From: an uncultured Acidobacteriota bacterium | GTDB lineage: Bacteria > Acidobacteriota > UBA6911 | Length of the DNA: 64,000 nucleotides | NCBI GenBank assembly: GCA_963809485.1 | Contig: CAWEJX010000007.1 | Location: 320,001-384,000, forward strand | Direction: 5' to 3' | Shown here: positions 10,775 through 23,395 of the stretch, piece by piece | Layout of the letters: each line of letters starts with the position of its first letter | How positions within the stretch are numbered: position 1 is the stretch's first letter | Position numbers and translations under genes: made by a program | Notes under the pieces: generated by a model | The model's database searches: none | What the model saw: only the letters and a program-made list of their open reading frames with translations | What the model was told of the DNA's origin: nothing

Positions 10775-12460
10775 GTGGCTCATCAGTACATTTATGTGAT
10801 GAAGGATTTGCGGAAGGTGTACCCGCCGAACCGCGAAGTCCTGAAAGGGATCTGGCTCTCATTTTTCCCGGGAGCGAAGATCGGGTTGATCGGCGCCAAC
10901 GGGGCCGGCAAAAGCACGCTTCTGAAAATCATGGCCGGCGTGACCAGGGATTTTCTCGGGGAGGCGTGGCCCGCAGAAGGCACCAGGGTCGGCTTTCTGC
11001 CGCAGGAACCCGAACTTGATCCTTCAAAGAACGTGCTCGGCAATGTGGAAGAGGGAGTCCGGGCAACGAGAGATCTGCTGGAGAGCTTTGACAAAATAAA
11101 CGCCCGCTTTGCCGAGGAGATGTCCCCGGAAGAGATGGACAAATTGCTCGCAGAGCAGGCGCGTGTGCAGGATGCCATCGATGCCTGCAACGGCTGGGAA
11201 ATCGAGCGCACGCTCGACATCGCCATGGATGCGCTGAGGCTCCCGCCCGGCGACGCCGACGTCGCGAAACTCTCCGGCGGCGAGCGGAGGAGGGTGGCCC
11301 TCTGCCGCCTGCTGCTCGAGCGCCCCGACCTGCTGCTGCTCGATGAGCCGACCAACCACCTCGACGCCGAGTCGGTCGCCTGGCTCGAACGGTTCCTGAA
11401 GGATTACCCCGGCACCGTGGTAGCGGTAACACACGACCGCTATTTCCTCGACAACGTCGCCGGGTGGATCCTGGAACTGGACCGCGGAGAGGGAATCCCA
11501 TGGCAGGGAAATTATTCCTCCTGGCTCGACCAGAAGCAAACGCGGCTTGAAGTGGAAGAGAAGCAGGAATCCGCGCGCCGGCGCACACTGCAGCGCGAGT
11601 TGGAGTGGGTGCGCATGTCGCCCCGCGCGCGGCAGGCCAAAGGCAAGGCGCGGCTGAACGCTTATGAGAAGCTGCTTGCCGACGAGACGGAGGCCGAGAA
11701 ACGCGTTCAGGCGACAGACCTGCACATCCCTCCGGGCCCGCGGCTGGGGGATCTGGTAGTTGAGGCCGCGAACCTCCGGAAAGGCTATGGCGACAAGCTC
11801 CTGATCGATGAGCTGTCTTTCAAGCTGCCTCCGGGCGGCATTGTGGGAGTGATCGGCGCAAACGGGGCGGGGAAGACGACGCTTTTCCGGATGATCGGCG
11901 GCGAGGAAGCGCCCGATGGAGGGACTCTCGGGATCGGCGAGACAGTGAAAATCGCATATGTCGACCAGAGCCGCGAGACTTTGAACGGGGAGCGGCAGGT
12001 CTGGGAGGAAATCAGCGACGGGCGCGATATTGTTGTTTTGGGAAAACGCGAGGTGCCGGCGCGGTCTTATGCCGCGGCATTTAATTTCAAAGGCTCGGAT
12101 CAGCAGAAGCGCGTGAAGGATCTGTCCGGCGGCGAACGCAACCGTGTCCACCTGGCCAAGGTTTTAAAGAGCGGCGGAAACCTGCTGCTGCTCGACGAGC
12201 CGACCAACGATCTGGACGTCGATACGCTGCGGTCTCTCGAAGATGCGCTCGTGTCCTTTGCCGGTTGCGCAGTAGTGATAAGCCACGACCGATGGTTTTT
12301 GGACCGGATAGCGACCCACATCCTTGCATTCGAAGGGGACTCGAAGGTGGTGTGGTTTGAGGGAAACTATCAGGATTACGAGGCAGACCGCAAGCGGCGG
12401 CTGGGGGCGGTTGCCGACCAGCCGCACCGGATCAAGTACAAACCGCTGGTAAGAGGCTGA
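10775..12460 (+). CDS. ettA: Energy-dependent translational throttle ABC-F protein EttA
   Basis: Two ABC domains ([34 protein letters not shown]), [20 protein letters not shown] linker and [11 protein letters not shown]-terminus. Confidence 0.95.
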   Translation: MAHQYIYVMKDLRKVYPPNREVLKGIWLSFFPGAKIGLIGANGAGKSTLLKIMAGVTRDFLGEAWPAEGTRVGFLPQEPELDPSKNVLGNVEEGVRATRDLLESFDKINARFAEEMSPEEMDKLLAEQARVQDAIDACNGWEIERTLDIAMDALRLPPGDADVAKLSGGERRRVALCRLLLERPDLLLLDEPTNHLDAESVAWLERFLKDYPGTVVAVTHDRYFLDNVAGWILELDRGEGIPWQGNYSSWLDQKQTRLEVEEKQESARRRTLQRELEWVRMSPRARQAKGKARLNAYEKLLADETEAEKRVQATDLHIPPGPRLGDLVVEAANLRKGYGDKLLIDELSFKLPPGGIVGVIGANGAGKTTLFRMIGGEEAPDGGTLGIGETVKIAYVDQSRETLNGERQVWEEISDGRDIVVLGKREVPARSYAAAFNFKGSDQQKRVKDLSGGERNRVHLAKVLKSGGNLLLLDEPTNDLDVDTLRSLEDALVSFAGCAVVISHDRWFLDRIATHILAFEGDSKVVWFEGNYQDYEADRKRRLGAVADQPHRIKYKPLVRG

Positions 12461-12496
12461 AAAGCAGCCGGCTCCGGAGAGCCATGCATAAATTTT

Positions 12497-12536
12497 AACG
12501 CTGACGCACGCCGATAAACGCTGACGCACGCTGAAA
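12497..12536. repeat. Period-10 tandem repeat (ACGC(T/C)GA units x4)
   Basis: AACGCTGACG CACGCCGATA AACGCTGACG CACGCTGAAA. Confidence 0.8.
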
Positions 12537-12558
12537 AATTATTAATAATCCTTGATCC

Positions 12559-12593
12559 CAAAGGGTTGCCGCAATAAGTGCGGCAACCCTTTG
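12559..12593. terminator. Likely bidirectional hairpin terminator between ettA and the subtilase
   Basis: Perfect 15-bp stem CAAAGGGTTGCCGCA / TGCGGCAACCCTTTG between convergent genes. Confidence 0.75.
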
Positions 12594-12607
12594 ATGATTT
12601 ACGTTTG

Positions 12608-15581
12608 CTATGGCGTATCTACGCGAACGATTGTCGGATTGGGCAAGCCCGTGGTTGCGCCATCGTAGGCGACGCTGCCAAGGTACTTCGTGGCAGGAGC
12701 CAGACCGCTGAATGTCAGATTAATTGCACCAGTCTCGCCGATTTCCGCAGTGTCAGGCGCACTGACAGTCATGTTGCCTTCCGCAGTGCTGCCCAGCACC
12801 CATGTGAATAAGGTGAACGTCGATGGATTTCCCGTTGCGTATCCATCGACCTCAACATAATAGGTACCCTCCGCAGGATTGGGCAAATTAACCTCTTCGT
12901 TAGAAGTAGCGCCGCCGCTGGAACCCACCAGAGCAAGTGCGCTGTTGTAGACATACAAGTCCAGATCGCTGGCCGGACTGACGTTGGCGTCGAACAGGGA
13001 GAAGCGGGCATAATGTAGCCCCTACCGGAACATCCACTTCGTAGCGTTGATATCCGCCGGTGTTCACGGAGTCGTCGAAGGTAATCGCCGGGACAAGGCC
13101 GCGAGCCGCGGCAGTAAACGCGCCGGTATAGCCAAAGCCCACGTTGTAGCTGATCGGGCCACCGGTGCCCGAAACCTGCATCGGCGCGCCCAAGGCAACC
13201 GGCTTGACAACCATGGGGATGCGGACGTTGTGCAGGCCGTCGGTCCATGTGAGTTGCCCGCCCGCGTATTCATTCAGTGCCGCGTCGACGCGGGTGAACT
13301 TGACGGTGAAGGTGCCGGTTTGGCCCGGAGCCAGCGTCAGCGCGGCCGGAGTGATTTCAACAGAGAAGCCGGTCATTCCGGTAACGGAAGGCACGTACGT
13401 TGCATGGGCACCGACATTGGTAACCTTGCGTGTCACGGTCTGCGCGCCGGCCATTTCGCCGATGGCGATCGAGGCCACGTTCAGGTCGCTGGGATCTGTA
13501 GAATACCCCATATCTTGAAGAATGCCGCACACATCGGGATTTACGCCGGTCGTTGTTCCGCACAGGAAAGACAGCCAGTCGTTCCAGCCTGCGTTGAACA
13601 CGAGGCCCGGATCGGCTGCGCTATTGGGCTGAATGTGCCCGGCACCCTGGCTGAAAATAACAGACGGGCTGGTGTTCGGACCATCCAGGACATCGTAAGC
13701 CGAAGTCATAATCGCCGACTTGATCATCATCGGCGTCCAGCCGGGCTTCATCTGTTTAAACATGGCGGCCAGGCCGGCCACGTGCGGCGTGGACATGGAG
13801 GTGCCGCTGAAAAGGTTGAAACTGAGCCCGCCGCCGCTTGCCGGCGAAACCGCAGCCAGAACATCCTGTCCGGGAGCCATCACATCCGGCTTCAGCAGGT
13901 CCCCCCCGCCGGCTCTCAGCGGTCCGCGCGACGAGAAGGAAGCGGTGTATGGGGCTGGGGTGCTATAGTCGATAACGGCCTTGTTTATGGTCGCGGTGGC
14001 TCCGGATTCGGCAGCGTAGGCTTTGACGGCTGCACGATCGGTGTTTTGCAGATGCACGGTCGGGACATAGTGCACATCAGCATTCAGAGTGCCGGCGGCC
14101 ACATTGACCAGGATCATGCCTGCTCCGCCGGCTTCCCTGACTGCATAGCTCTTATTAACGCGCGCCGTGACGCCGCGATCACAGACCACGATCTTGCCGG
14201 CGACCTTTGCAGGATCGAGCACGTTGCCGCCGTCGAGCGAGCCGTAGCAGAGCGCAACCTGCGTTGGATCCGCACCGGGCAGACCGGCCGCAGTCGAATC
14301 GATCAGAGGCGCTATTACAACCGCGGCCGCCAATGAAGGACCATAGTAGGTACCGCCATTGCCCAGAGTCACAGAACCGTTTACACTTCGATTGTGCGTG
14401 CCGGCAGCTACCGTAGTGGTCCATGGGCTGGGGTGCGCCACGGTTGAGACAGTCGGGCCGCTATTGCCTGCTGATGTAGCAACGAAGATGCCTGCATTCG
14501 CGGCATATAGGAAGGATACTTCCACGGGGTCAAGGAAATTTGTCTGGGAACCGCTGACCGAATAGCTGATCACATCGACCCCATCCACGACCGCCTGATC
14601 AATCGCGGCAACCAGATCTGAGTTATATCCGCTGCAGGTGATGGCAGCCTGTGTGGACCATAAAGCCTTGTACATGGCAATGCGGGCGCGAGGCGCAATG
14701 CCGCTTATTTTGCCGAAAGCTTCCGTTGGCCCGGTCGCCTGGACTCCATTATTTCCCCCGGCGGTGGAAGAAGTGTGCGTGCCATGGCCGTTATAATCGC
14801 GCGGTGATGTGAATTCCCAGGGGAGTAGAGCCTCAATAGCTGCGTTGCCACCCCAGCCTTCGTTAAAATATTGCGCCCCGATCAGCTTCTGGTTGCACAG
14901 GGTAGTTTTGAATTGCTCGCCGCGAACACATTTGCCGTGCCAGCCCGGGATCTGCCGATAGCTCAGTTTGCCGTCTTTGGAAGCATTGCCATTCTTGCCG
15001 GTGCGATCGGTAAAGCTGAGGCTTTCCGGCCATATGCCGGAATCCACCATCCCTATGATGATGCCTTCGCCTGCTTTGCCCGCGCCGCCCAGCTGACTCC
15101 AAAGCCCGCCAGGGGCATCAAGGCCCAGGAAGGTGGGCGTAGAGGAGGTGTCCATATGATGGATCTCGTCCTTGCTCACAGCTTCCACGCCGGCAACCTT
15201 TTTCATGGCCTCAGCCTGAGCCGCGCTCAATTTTGCCGCAAAGCCGTTGTAAGTATAGCGATAATCGTACAGCTTGCGCCCTCCGCCTACGGCCGCCAGG
15301 GCTTCGTTGTGGCGGCTGTCAAGATATCCCACATATTTGACAACGTCGGCGTTGTATGGACCAATCTTCTGCCCCTTCCCGGGCTTGGTAGCTTTGTAGC
15401 CGGCTATTCCGCCCCCATAGGCCACTACAGGAGCTTGAACCATCTGAACGATGTAGATGTCAGAGGCAATGATTTCTTTTGCCAGGCTTACGCCCGGATC
15501 CGGATCCTGCGAAATCGCAGGCAATGCCAGGACCAGAGCCGCCAATAGGGTGAACAAAGGCAGCAGTCTCTTTGTCTTCAT
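12608..15581 (-). CDS. Large secreted S8 subtilase (I9-S8-PA-Fn3-like-PPC), frameshifted at ~13012
   Basis: Catalytic triad motifs GMVDSG, HGTHTSSTAGG and GTSMSTPHVAG, PA domain (GKIVVCDRG). Removing one base at 13012-13013 restores ...VGATYARFSLFDANVSPASDLDLYVY, which joins ORF 12608..12958. Confidence 0.9.
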
Positions 15582-15740
15582 AAAACCTTCCTTGTCGATG
15601 GATTGGATTCTGTGAATCTGCACGAGCACTTAAAGAATTATTAAATGCATGCTACACGCAACATCCGAAATCAGGTGGACAGGGCACAGCCCTCCCCGCC
15701 AAAAAGATAAGCAATTCGGTATCCAGGATTGGAAATTTCT

Positions 15741-15753
15741 TAACTTATTGATA
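15741..15753 (-). promoter_or_regulatory. IHF-like binding site
   Basis: Reverse strand TATCAATAAGTTA matches WATCAANNNNTTR exactly. Confidence 0.5.
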
Positions 15754-15797
15754 CATATATAGATGCAATAAAGCCTGCCTGCGGCCGGCTGCAATTG

Positions 15798-15906
15798 TGT
15801 AAAAAACTCTTACATTCAACGACGGCCGCCCATCTGAGAAATAATGCTAAATGCCTGTGAATACAAGATATGCGTTGATATTGAAGCAGTGTAAAGCCAG
15901 TTTACA
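15798..15906. promoter_or_regulatory. Two 17-bp palindromic operator/enhancer sites TGTAA-N7-TTACA (15798-15814, 15890-15906)
   Basis: TGTAAAAAACTCTTACA and TGTAAAGCCAGTTTACA lie in the divergent intergenic region. Confidence 0.55.
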
Positions 15907-16121
15907 GTGTAATCCGGATTTGTAAGTCTGGGGTCTGAAACTGCAACCTCCCGGGCATGCGGCACCTGAAAATCCGGGAAATAAATCCGTGCGGAAGCTC
16001 TACAAGAATAATGCGCCAGGCGTCACGGATTGGAAGCAAAATAGCGCTCAGCGGCTGCCCCTGGAATTTGCGGCAGCAGTCCAGCATAAAAAAGGTCATT
16101 CGAAAATCGGGAGGCCCGGAA

Positions 16122-17486
16122 ATGAAAACGCGTTTAGCTTTTTCAGTATTATTGATGATCGCCCTGACGGGCGTTTATTTCCCGGCTTCAGGCCAGAGCC
16201 TGAAGGCCATGATTGGAATTAACGTCGTTTTGAATACCGACATTACCAAAGCCATACTTGCCGATCTCGGAAAGCACGGCAAAGTGCGCGATGTGATTTA
16301 CGAAATCGATGCAGTGACTCTTCAGGCGCGCGCGGATGAACTCGAGGTCATCCGTTCGCTGCCTTATGTGGCGGCGGCCAATCCCGACGTTACCCGCGCC
16401 GGCTCTCCGGTTGATACCGTTGCAGCTACCGATTTCATGGACGGTTTAAGCACCTGGGACCTGGATGCCATCAACGTCACGGATTTCGGATTCAATAACC
16501 GGCAGGTAGCTTCCGATGGAACAGGCGTCTATGTCGCCGTGCTGGATACCGGATTGCTGGATTCCTGGCGGCAGTATTTCCCGCAGGAGCGTATTGCCGA
16601 AGAATATGGCATTTCCTTTGGCGGAGGCGGCGGGGAGATGGGGACTGTTTCGTCGCAACCAAACAAGTGGGAACACGACCAGAACTCGCACGGCACTCAC
16701 GTTACCAGCACCATTCTGGGCTATTCGTTGGGTGGGACTCCAGTCAACGGCGTCGCGCCCATGGCCACAGTCATACCGGTCAAGGTCCTCAACCAGACCG
16801 GCCGCGGCTGGTCCTCCGTGGTCGCGCGCGGCATCGCGTATGTGGGAGAATTGAAGGAAGGGCCTTTAGCCGATTATCCTGTGGTAATCAATATGAGCCT
16901 GAGCGGCTCTGTGCTCGACGCCATGGAAAAAGCGGCAATCGATTATGCCATCAGCCAGGGCGTGATCATCGTGGCTTCGGCAGGCAATAGAGGGTCGGGC
17001 GGAATGGGCTATCCCGGCGGCTATGCACCTGTCATCTCGGTAGCAGCCTCGGGTTGGATTGGTGAATGGACGTCAGCAACATGGTGGTATGCAGTCAATG
17101 TGGCTGATCCCACGAATCACGAAGACTTTTATATTGCGGATTTCTCAAGCCGGCAAAAGGCAGGCCAAGACCTCGATGTCGCGGCTTCCGGCTCTTGGGT
17201 TGTCGGTCCGTATCAGGTGAATAGCGGCCAGCTTTCCTACTACTTCCTCGGCGGCACGAGCATGGCCTCTCCGCATGTTGCCGGCATTGTAGCTCTGATG
17301 GCGCAGAAACAGCCGGAGTTAATTGCATCACAAGCAGAAATTATCTTGGAGGACTCAGCCGTACCGCTTCCGGCCGGCTGCCGCACTGTTATGCAGCCTG
17401 GTGGATCTGTCGAGTTTTGCTGGGGAGCCGATGCCACCGGCGCAGGTCTTGTTGACGCTGCTGCAGCCCTGGCAGCAACACCATAG
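16122..17486 (+). CDS. Secreted S8 subtilisin-like serine protease
   Basis: GGAGG RBS, signal peptide, and AVLDTG, HGTHVTSTILG, GTSMASPHVAG. Confidence 0.9.
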   Translation: MKTRLAFSVLLMIALTGVYFPASGQSLKAMIGINVVLNTDITKAILADLGKHGKVRDVIYEIDAVTLQARADELEVIRSLPYVAAANPDVTRAGSPVDTVAATDFMDGLSTWDLDAINVTDFGFNNRQVASDGTGVYVAVLDTGLLDSWRQYFPQERIAEEYGISFGGGGGEMGTVSSQPNKWEHDQNSHGTHVTSTILGYSLGGTPVNGVAPMATVIPVKVLNQTGRGWSSVVARGIAYVGELKEGPLADYPVVINMSLSGSVLDAMEKAAIDYAISQGVIIVASAGNRGSGGMGYPGGYAPVISVAASGWIGEWTSATWWYAVNVADPTNHEDFYIADFSSRQKAGQDLDVAASGSWVVGPYQVNSGQLSYYFLGGTSMASPHVAGIVALMAQKQPELIASQAEIILEDSAVPLPAGCRTVMQPGGSVEFCWGADATGAGLVDAAAALAATP

Positions 17487-17504
17487 CAGATAGCAGCTAT
17501 CGAA

Positions 17505-17551
17505 AAAGCAGCCACGATTTTAGCGAATTTATGCTGACTCGTGGCTGCTTT
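17505..17551. terminator. Hairpin terminator between convergent genes
   Basis: AAAGCAGCCACGA ... TCGTGGCTGCTTT inverted repeat. Confidence 0.65.
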
Positions 17552-17567
17552 CCCTATTTTGGAGGGA

Positions 17568-17945
17568 TCACTTCTTCCGCTTCATCAGCGCATCCAGGCC
17601 GGCGAAGGGACTGTACGTGGAGACGGAGCCCTGCGGGCCGCCGGCTTCCGGCCCTTCGGACCAGTCCGCGACGGAGTGCCGGTCGTGCTCGTTATCGTGG
17701 CAATACACGCACAGCAGTTCCCAGTTGCTGCCGTCGGGCGGGTTGTTGTCGTGGTTGTGGTCTTTGTGGTGGACGGTGAGCTCCCGCAGCCGCTTGCCTT
17801 CGAATTCGCGCCCGCAGCGCCCGCAGATCGGCGGGAACATTTTGAGCGCCTGCTCGCGATATCCCCTCATGCGAGCTTCCTGTTCGCGCCGCAGCGCGGC
17901 AACGAAATCCCTGTCGCTGTCCGGCCGTGATTTGTTTTGGGCCAT
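17568..17945 (-). CDS. yajD: YajD family HNH nuclease
   Basis: YREQALK...CGRCGREF...LRELTVHHKDHNHDNNPPDGSNWELLCVYCHDNEH...PFAGL. Confidence 0.9.
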   Translation of the reverse strand: MAQNKSRPDSDRDFVAALRREQEARMRGYREQALKMFPPICGRCGREFEGKRLRELTVHHKDHNHDNNPPDGSNWELLCVYCHDNEHDRHSVADWSEGPEAGGPQGSVSTYSPFAGLDALMKRKK

Positions 17946-18072
17946 GAGATCCTCCGTCCTGAATGCTTTCCGTTTACAGCTCGATTGAATCCCTGCAGGC
18001 TATCATTGTAATGGAACCAGGTGCCCTTTTTGTCAACGGAATAGTCTATAATCAAGAGATGTAGAGGTGCAT

Positions 18073-19374
18073 ATGAAACCGATTCGTGTGGGTCTTTTGG
18101 GGCTGGGTACTGTCGGGGCGGGGGTTGCCAGGGTCTGGCATTCGCACCGTGAAGAGCTGGAAGAAAAAATCGGCGCTTCCATCGTTTTGAGCGTCATTGC
18201 GGATCTGGATGTCCTGAATCCGCGCAAAGGACTCACGCTCACCGAGCTTCCTCTTACGACGGATCCCGCAGCGGTGCTGGATAATCCCGACGTTGATATC
18301 GTCGTCGAACTGATCGGCGGCCTCGAACCGGCGCGAAGCTTTATCCTGCGCGCCCTCGTGAACGGCAAGCATGTCGTCACGGCCAATAAGGCGCTTCTGG
18401 CAACTCACGGAGACGAGCTTTACGCCGAAGCACGCCGGCAGGGCCGGATGCTATCGTTCGAGGCCGCCGTCGCCGGGGGCATTCCGCTGATACGGTCCGT
18501 CAAGGAAGGCCTGGTGGCCAACCGCATCACGTCCCTTTATGGGATCGTCAACGGCACCTGCAACTACATCCTCACCAAAATGACGGATGAGGGCCAGGAA
18601 TTCGGCCGCGTCCTGGCGGAGGCGCAGGCAAAAGGTTATGCCGAAGCCGATCCGACCTTTGATGTGGAAGGGATCGACTCCGCTCACAAGCTTCAAATCC
18701 TTTCCACGCTGGCTTTCCGGACCTCCGTAAAGCTCAAGGATATCTATGTAGAAGGCATCTCCAAAATTACGCCCGAGGACATCACCATCGCCCGGGAGAT
18801 GGGATTCCGCATAAAACTGCTGGCCATCGCCAAAGCCGCCAATGGAGCCCTGGAAATGCGCGTGCATCCGACGATGATTCCGGAAAGCTCGCCTCTGTCG
18901 GCCGTTTCGGGCGTGTTCAACGCCATCTTCCTGAACGGGGATGTCGTGAATGACCTCATGTTCTATGGACGCGGCGCCGGGCAGATGCCCACGGCCTCGT
19001 CTGTCTGGGCGGATATCGTGGAAATCGCCCGCAGGCTGGCGGCCGGGCAGGCGGCGGTTCCTCAGGATCTCCCGGTGCTGGGGCACAAGCCGCTAACCCT
19101 GAAGCCCATGGAGGAGGTTTCTTCGGCCTACTATCTGAATGTTTCCGTCCTGGATCAACCCGCGGTCCTTGCCCAGATCGCCGGGATCCTCGGCAAATAT
19201 GAAATCAGCATCGCCAGTGTGCTGCAGAGGGTCCGCCAGCATGCCAAAGCCGTCCCTGTGGTGATGATGACGCATGAAGCTCCGGAAGGGTCGATGCAGA
19301 AAGCGTTGCAGGAAATCAACGCGTTGCGGGTGGTCGTCGCCGGCACCCGGATGATACGCGTGGAGGATTCCTAG
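18073..19374 (+). CDS. hom: Homoserine dehydrogenase (with ACT domain)
   Basis: GLGTVG, HVVTANK, FEAAVAGGIP, NGTCNYIL, GYAEADPTFDVEGID and a C-terminal ACT domain. Confidence 0.95.
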   Translation: MKPIRVGLLGLGTVGAGVARVWHSHREELEEKIGASIVLSVIADLDVLNPRKGLTLTELPLTTDPAAVLDNPDVDIVVELIGGLEPARSFILRALVNGKHVVTANKALLATHGDELYAEARRQGRMLSFEAAVAGGIPLIRSVKEGLVANRITSLYGIVNGTCNYILTKMTDEGQEFGRVLAEAQAKGYAEADPTFDVEGIDSAHKLQILSTLAFRTSVKLKDIYVEGISKITPEDITIAREMGFRIKLLAIAKAANGALEMRVHPTMIPESSPLSAVSGVFNAIFLNGDVVNDLMFYGRGAGQMPTASSVWADIVEIARRLAAGQAAVPQDLPVLGHKPLTLKPMEEVSSAYYLNVSVLDQPAVLAQIAGILGKYEISIASVLQRVRQHAKAVPVVMMTHEAPEGSMQKALQEINALRVVVAGTRMIRVEDS

Positions 19375-21201
<1,827 letters not shown>

Positions 21202-21229
21202 CTGTCGGGGCTGATTTCAAAACAACACA

Positions 21230-21296
21230 ACCACGAAAAACACGAATGACACAAAATAAGGATTTGTCATTTCGTGTTTTTTGTGTATTTCGTGGT
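21230..21296. repeat. Inverted period-9 repeat (CACGAA-type units) forming an imperfect hairpin
   Basis: ACCACGAAAAACACGAATGACACAAAA ... TTTCGTGTTTTTTGTGTATTTCGTGGT. Confidence 0.75.
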
Positions 21297-21300
21297 CCAT

Positions 21301-21966
21301 CTACTGGGTCATCCAGCGGGCGGAAGGCCAGCCCAGATGTGCGTGGGAATTAAACAGCCGCAAAAGCGGATGGGGGCCCCACTCCATGACGCTGATGGTG
21401 CCCGGGTCGAGAAACAGGCGGCGGGAAACCTGAGGGCTCACTCCCAGGGCCGCTGCAAGCAATGCCTTTATCGGGCCTACATGGCTGACCAGCACGACCG
21501 ATGAGCCTGCAAACTCCTCCTTCAGCTCCTCCACCAGGCGGATCACCCTCTTCTGGACATCGTTGATGGATTCGCCTCCGGGCGGCGCACAGGAAGGGTC
21601 CGATTCCCAGCGGGCAAGCAGTTCGGCATCCGGGTTGCCCAGCTCGAGAACCTCGGCGCGGCTGAGTCCTTCCCATCTGCCAAAACTGCCCTCCGCCAGC
21701 CGCCGGTCCAGACGAAGCTCAACGCCGCATGCCTTTTGAATCGGCGCCGCAGTATCCGCGGCGCGGAGCATGGGGCTGGAGATAATGGCGGCTATCGGAA
21801 TCTGTGAGAGCGCATCGGCAACATGGAGCGCCTGGCGCATCCCATTTTCCGTGAGGGGTTCATCACGGGTTCCGAGATACCGCATCCGGGCGTTTTCCGC
21901 GGTTTCGCCGTGGCGCACCAGGAAAAAACGCAGCGGCTTTTGCGATATTGAATCCATCGGCAACAC
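21301..21966 (-). CDS. Histidine phosphatase (phosphoglycerate mutase/CobC-like) family protein
   Basis: LVRHGET, SSPMLRA, PPGGES and LVSHVG. Confidence 0.9.
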   Translation of the reverse strand: MLPMDSISQKPLRFFLVRHGETAENARMRYLGTRDEPLTENGMRQALHVADALSQIPIAAIISSPMLRAADTAAPIQKACGVELRLDRRLAEGSFGRWEGLSRAEVLELGNPDAELLARWESDPSCAPPGGESINDVQKRVIRLVEELKEEFAGSSVVLVSHVGPIKALLAAALGVSPQVSRRLFLDPGTISVMEWGPHPLLRLFNSHAHLGWPSARWMTQ

Positions 21967-22082
21967 ACCTCGCCAATTTTTTCGTGGACTTATACTATTA
22001 TAGATCGAGTCTTTTCAGGAAAAGAGAATCGCCCGACCAGTCCATAATTTTGGGATTCGCGGGAATTCGGACGGAACTGCCA

Positions 22083-23030
22083 ATGCCGACAGCTGCTGCT
22101 TCCGCAAAAATTGCCGAACTGAAGGCTGCGCTGCATTCGACGGACCGGCTGCTGATTTCATTCTGGGGCTTGCTCGCCATCGTCAGCCTGGTCCTGCATG
22201 CCCGGATCCCGTCGTGGCGGCTTATTCTACTGGCGGACCTCTTTGCCGCCCTCCTGGTTTTCGCTATCGCATACGCTGCGCACCGGACGGGCCTGAGAGC
22301 GCTGCGCTGGGTGCACGATTGGGCCGCTTATCCGCTGGTCGTGTTCACGTACAAGCAGCTGTATTTGATTATCGGGCCGATTCACAACCACAGGGATTAC
22401 GACCCGCTGCTGATAGCCCTCGATTACGGGCTGTTTCGGCTTAATCCGACAGAGTGGATGGCAAAATTCTCCAATCCGCTGCTGACGGAGACGCTTCAGA
22501 TCGCCTACTCTCTCTTTTATGCCATATTTCTTGCGGCCGGTTTCGAGATTTACCGCAGGCTGGATCTTTCGCACTTCCGCTATTTCAGTTTCACCATCGT
22601 ATATGGTTTTCTTATTTCCTACATCGGATATTTTTTTCTGCCGGCCGTAGGACCGCGTTTCACGCTCCACGACTTTTCGCAGATCGGCAGCGAATTGCCC
22701 GGGCTTTGGCTTACGCCCGCTCTCCGGCAGTTCGTGAACTTTTTCGAGTCCATCCAATCGGGAGCATCCAATGCAGCCGCCCTGGCAGCGGCGCAGCGGG
22801 ATGTCTTCCCCAGCGGTCACGCCATGATGACTCTGGTGGCAGTTGTCCTGGCTCACAGATACAGGCTCAGGATCCGGGCTTGGGTATATGTCGTGGGAGC
22901 TCTGCTGATGATGGCCACCGTCTATTTGCGATACCACTACCTCATAGATATTTTTGCTGGCGCACTTCTAGCCCTGCCCTGCCTGCTCACCTCGAACCGA
23001 ATGTTCCGATATTTTGAAAATGACCGGTAA
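22083..23030 (+). CDS. PAP2-family membrane protein (inositol phosphorylceramide synthase-like)
   Basis: Multiple TM segments with PAVGPR, FPSGH and YLRYHYLID motifs. Confidence 0.85.
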   Translation: MPTAAASAKIAELKAALHSTDRLLISFWGLLAIVSLVLHARIPSWRLILLADLFAALLVFAIAYAAHRTGLRALRWVHDWAAYPLVVFTYKQLYLIIGPIHNHRDYDPLLIALDYGLFRLNPTEWMAKFSNPLLTETLQIAYSLFYAIFLAAGFEIYRRLDLSHFRYFSFTIVYGFLISYIGYFFLPAVGPRFTLHDFSQIGSELPGLWLTPALRQFVNFFESIQSGASNAAALAAAQRDVFPSGHAMMTLVAVVLAHRYRLRIRAWVYVVGALLMMATVYLRYHYLIDIFAGALLALPCLLTSNRMFRYFENDR

Positions 23031-23327
23031 GCATCCGCCCGCTGCGCCGGAAGCTTCAAGGTTGCCGGCCCCTCAAAGGCGCCTGATTACATCCGAGGAA
23101 GATGAAAGAGGTTCCCTGCGCCATAAATGTTTTGGTACTGCAGAATGTCGAATAACGAATGATGAATCCCGAAGTGTAGCGCTAACTTCTGCGGTTCGAC
23201 ATTCGAAATTCGATATTCCAGTGCCTACCCTCTTGGGTATTGTCCAGACCTGGGAATAAAAACATCCCGGATTTGTCAAACTCGTACTGCCTCCCCGGCA
23301 GAGCCTGTGGATCTCCCATTGGATCAG
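23027..23327 (+). mobile_element. Non-autonomous element family A, copy 1 (IS200/IS605-like hairpin ends, 7-mer repeat core)
   Basis: Colinear end to end with 37214..37519. Subterminal hairpins are present and there is no transposase. Confidence 0.65.
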
Positions 23328-23395
23328 GAAGCCGCGCTGTTGGCCAGATAAGCCCGTAAGATGAGAAAGTGCTGCGGGATTCCCTCCGGATCGGA

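Noticed and set aside
12608-12958. Separate small gene downstream of the large subtilase
   Set aside because: It is the C-terminal PPC part of the subtilase, separated by a single-base frameshift.
13047-14336. Long antisense/overlapping ORFs (e.g. 13047-14336, 11024-12151, 25780-26877, 54238-55308, 57718-58710, 61069-62367)
   Set aside because: These are shadow ORFs opposite well-supported genes in GC-rich DNA and contain no recognisable motifs.
17568-17945. HNH nuclease as a mobile or defence element
   Set aside because: It matches the widespread stand-alone YajD family and has no associated repeats or partner genes.
23014-23279. Short ORFs inside family A elements (also 37243-37578), which resemble each other
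   Set aside because: The similarity comes from the DNA repeat. Starts and stops differ between copies and there is no HUH/Y1 motif.
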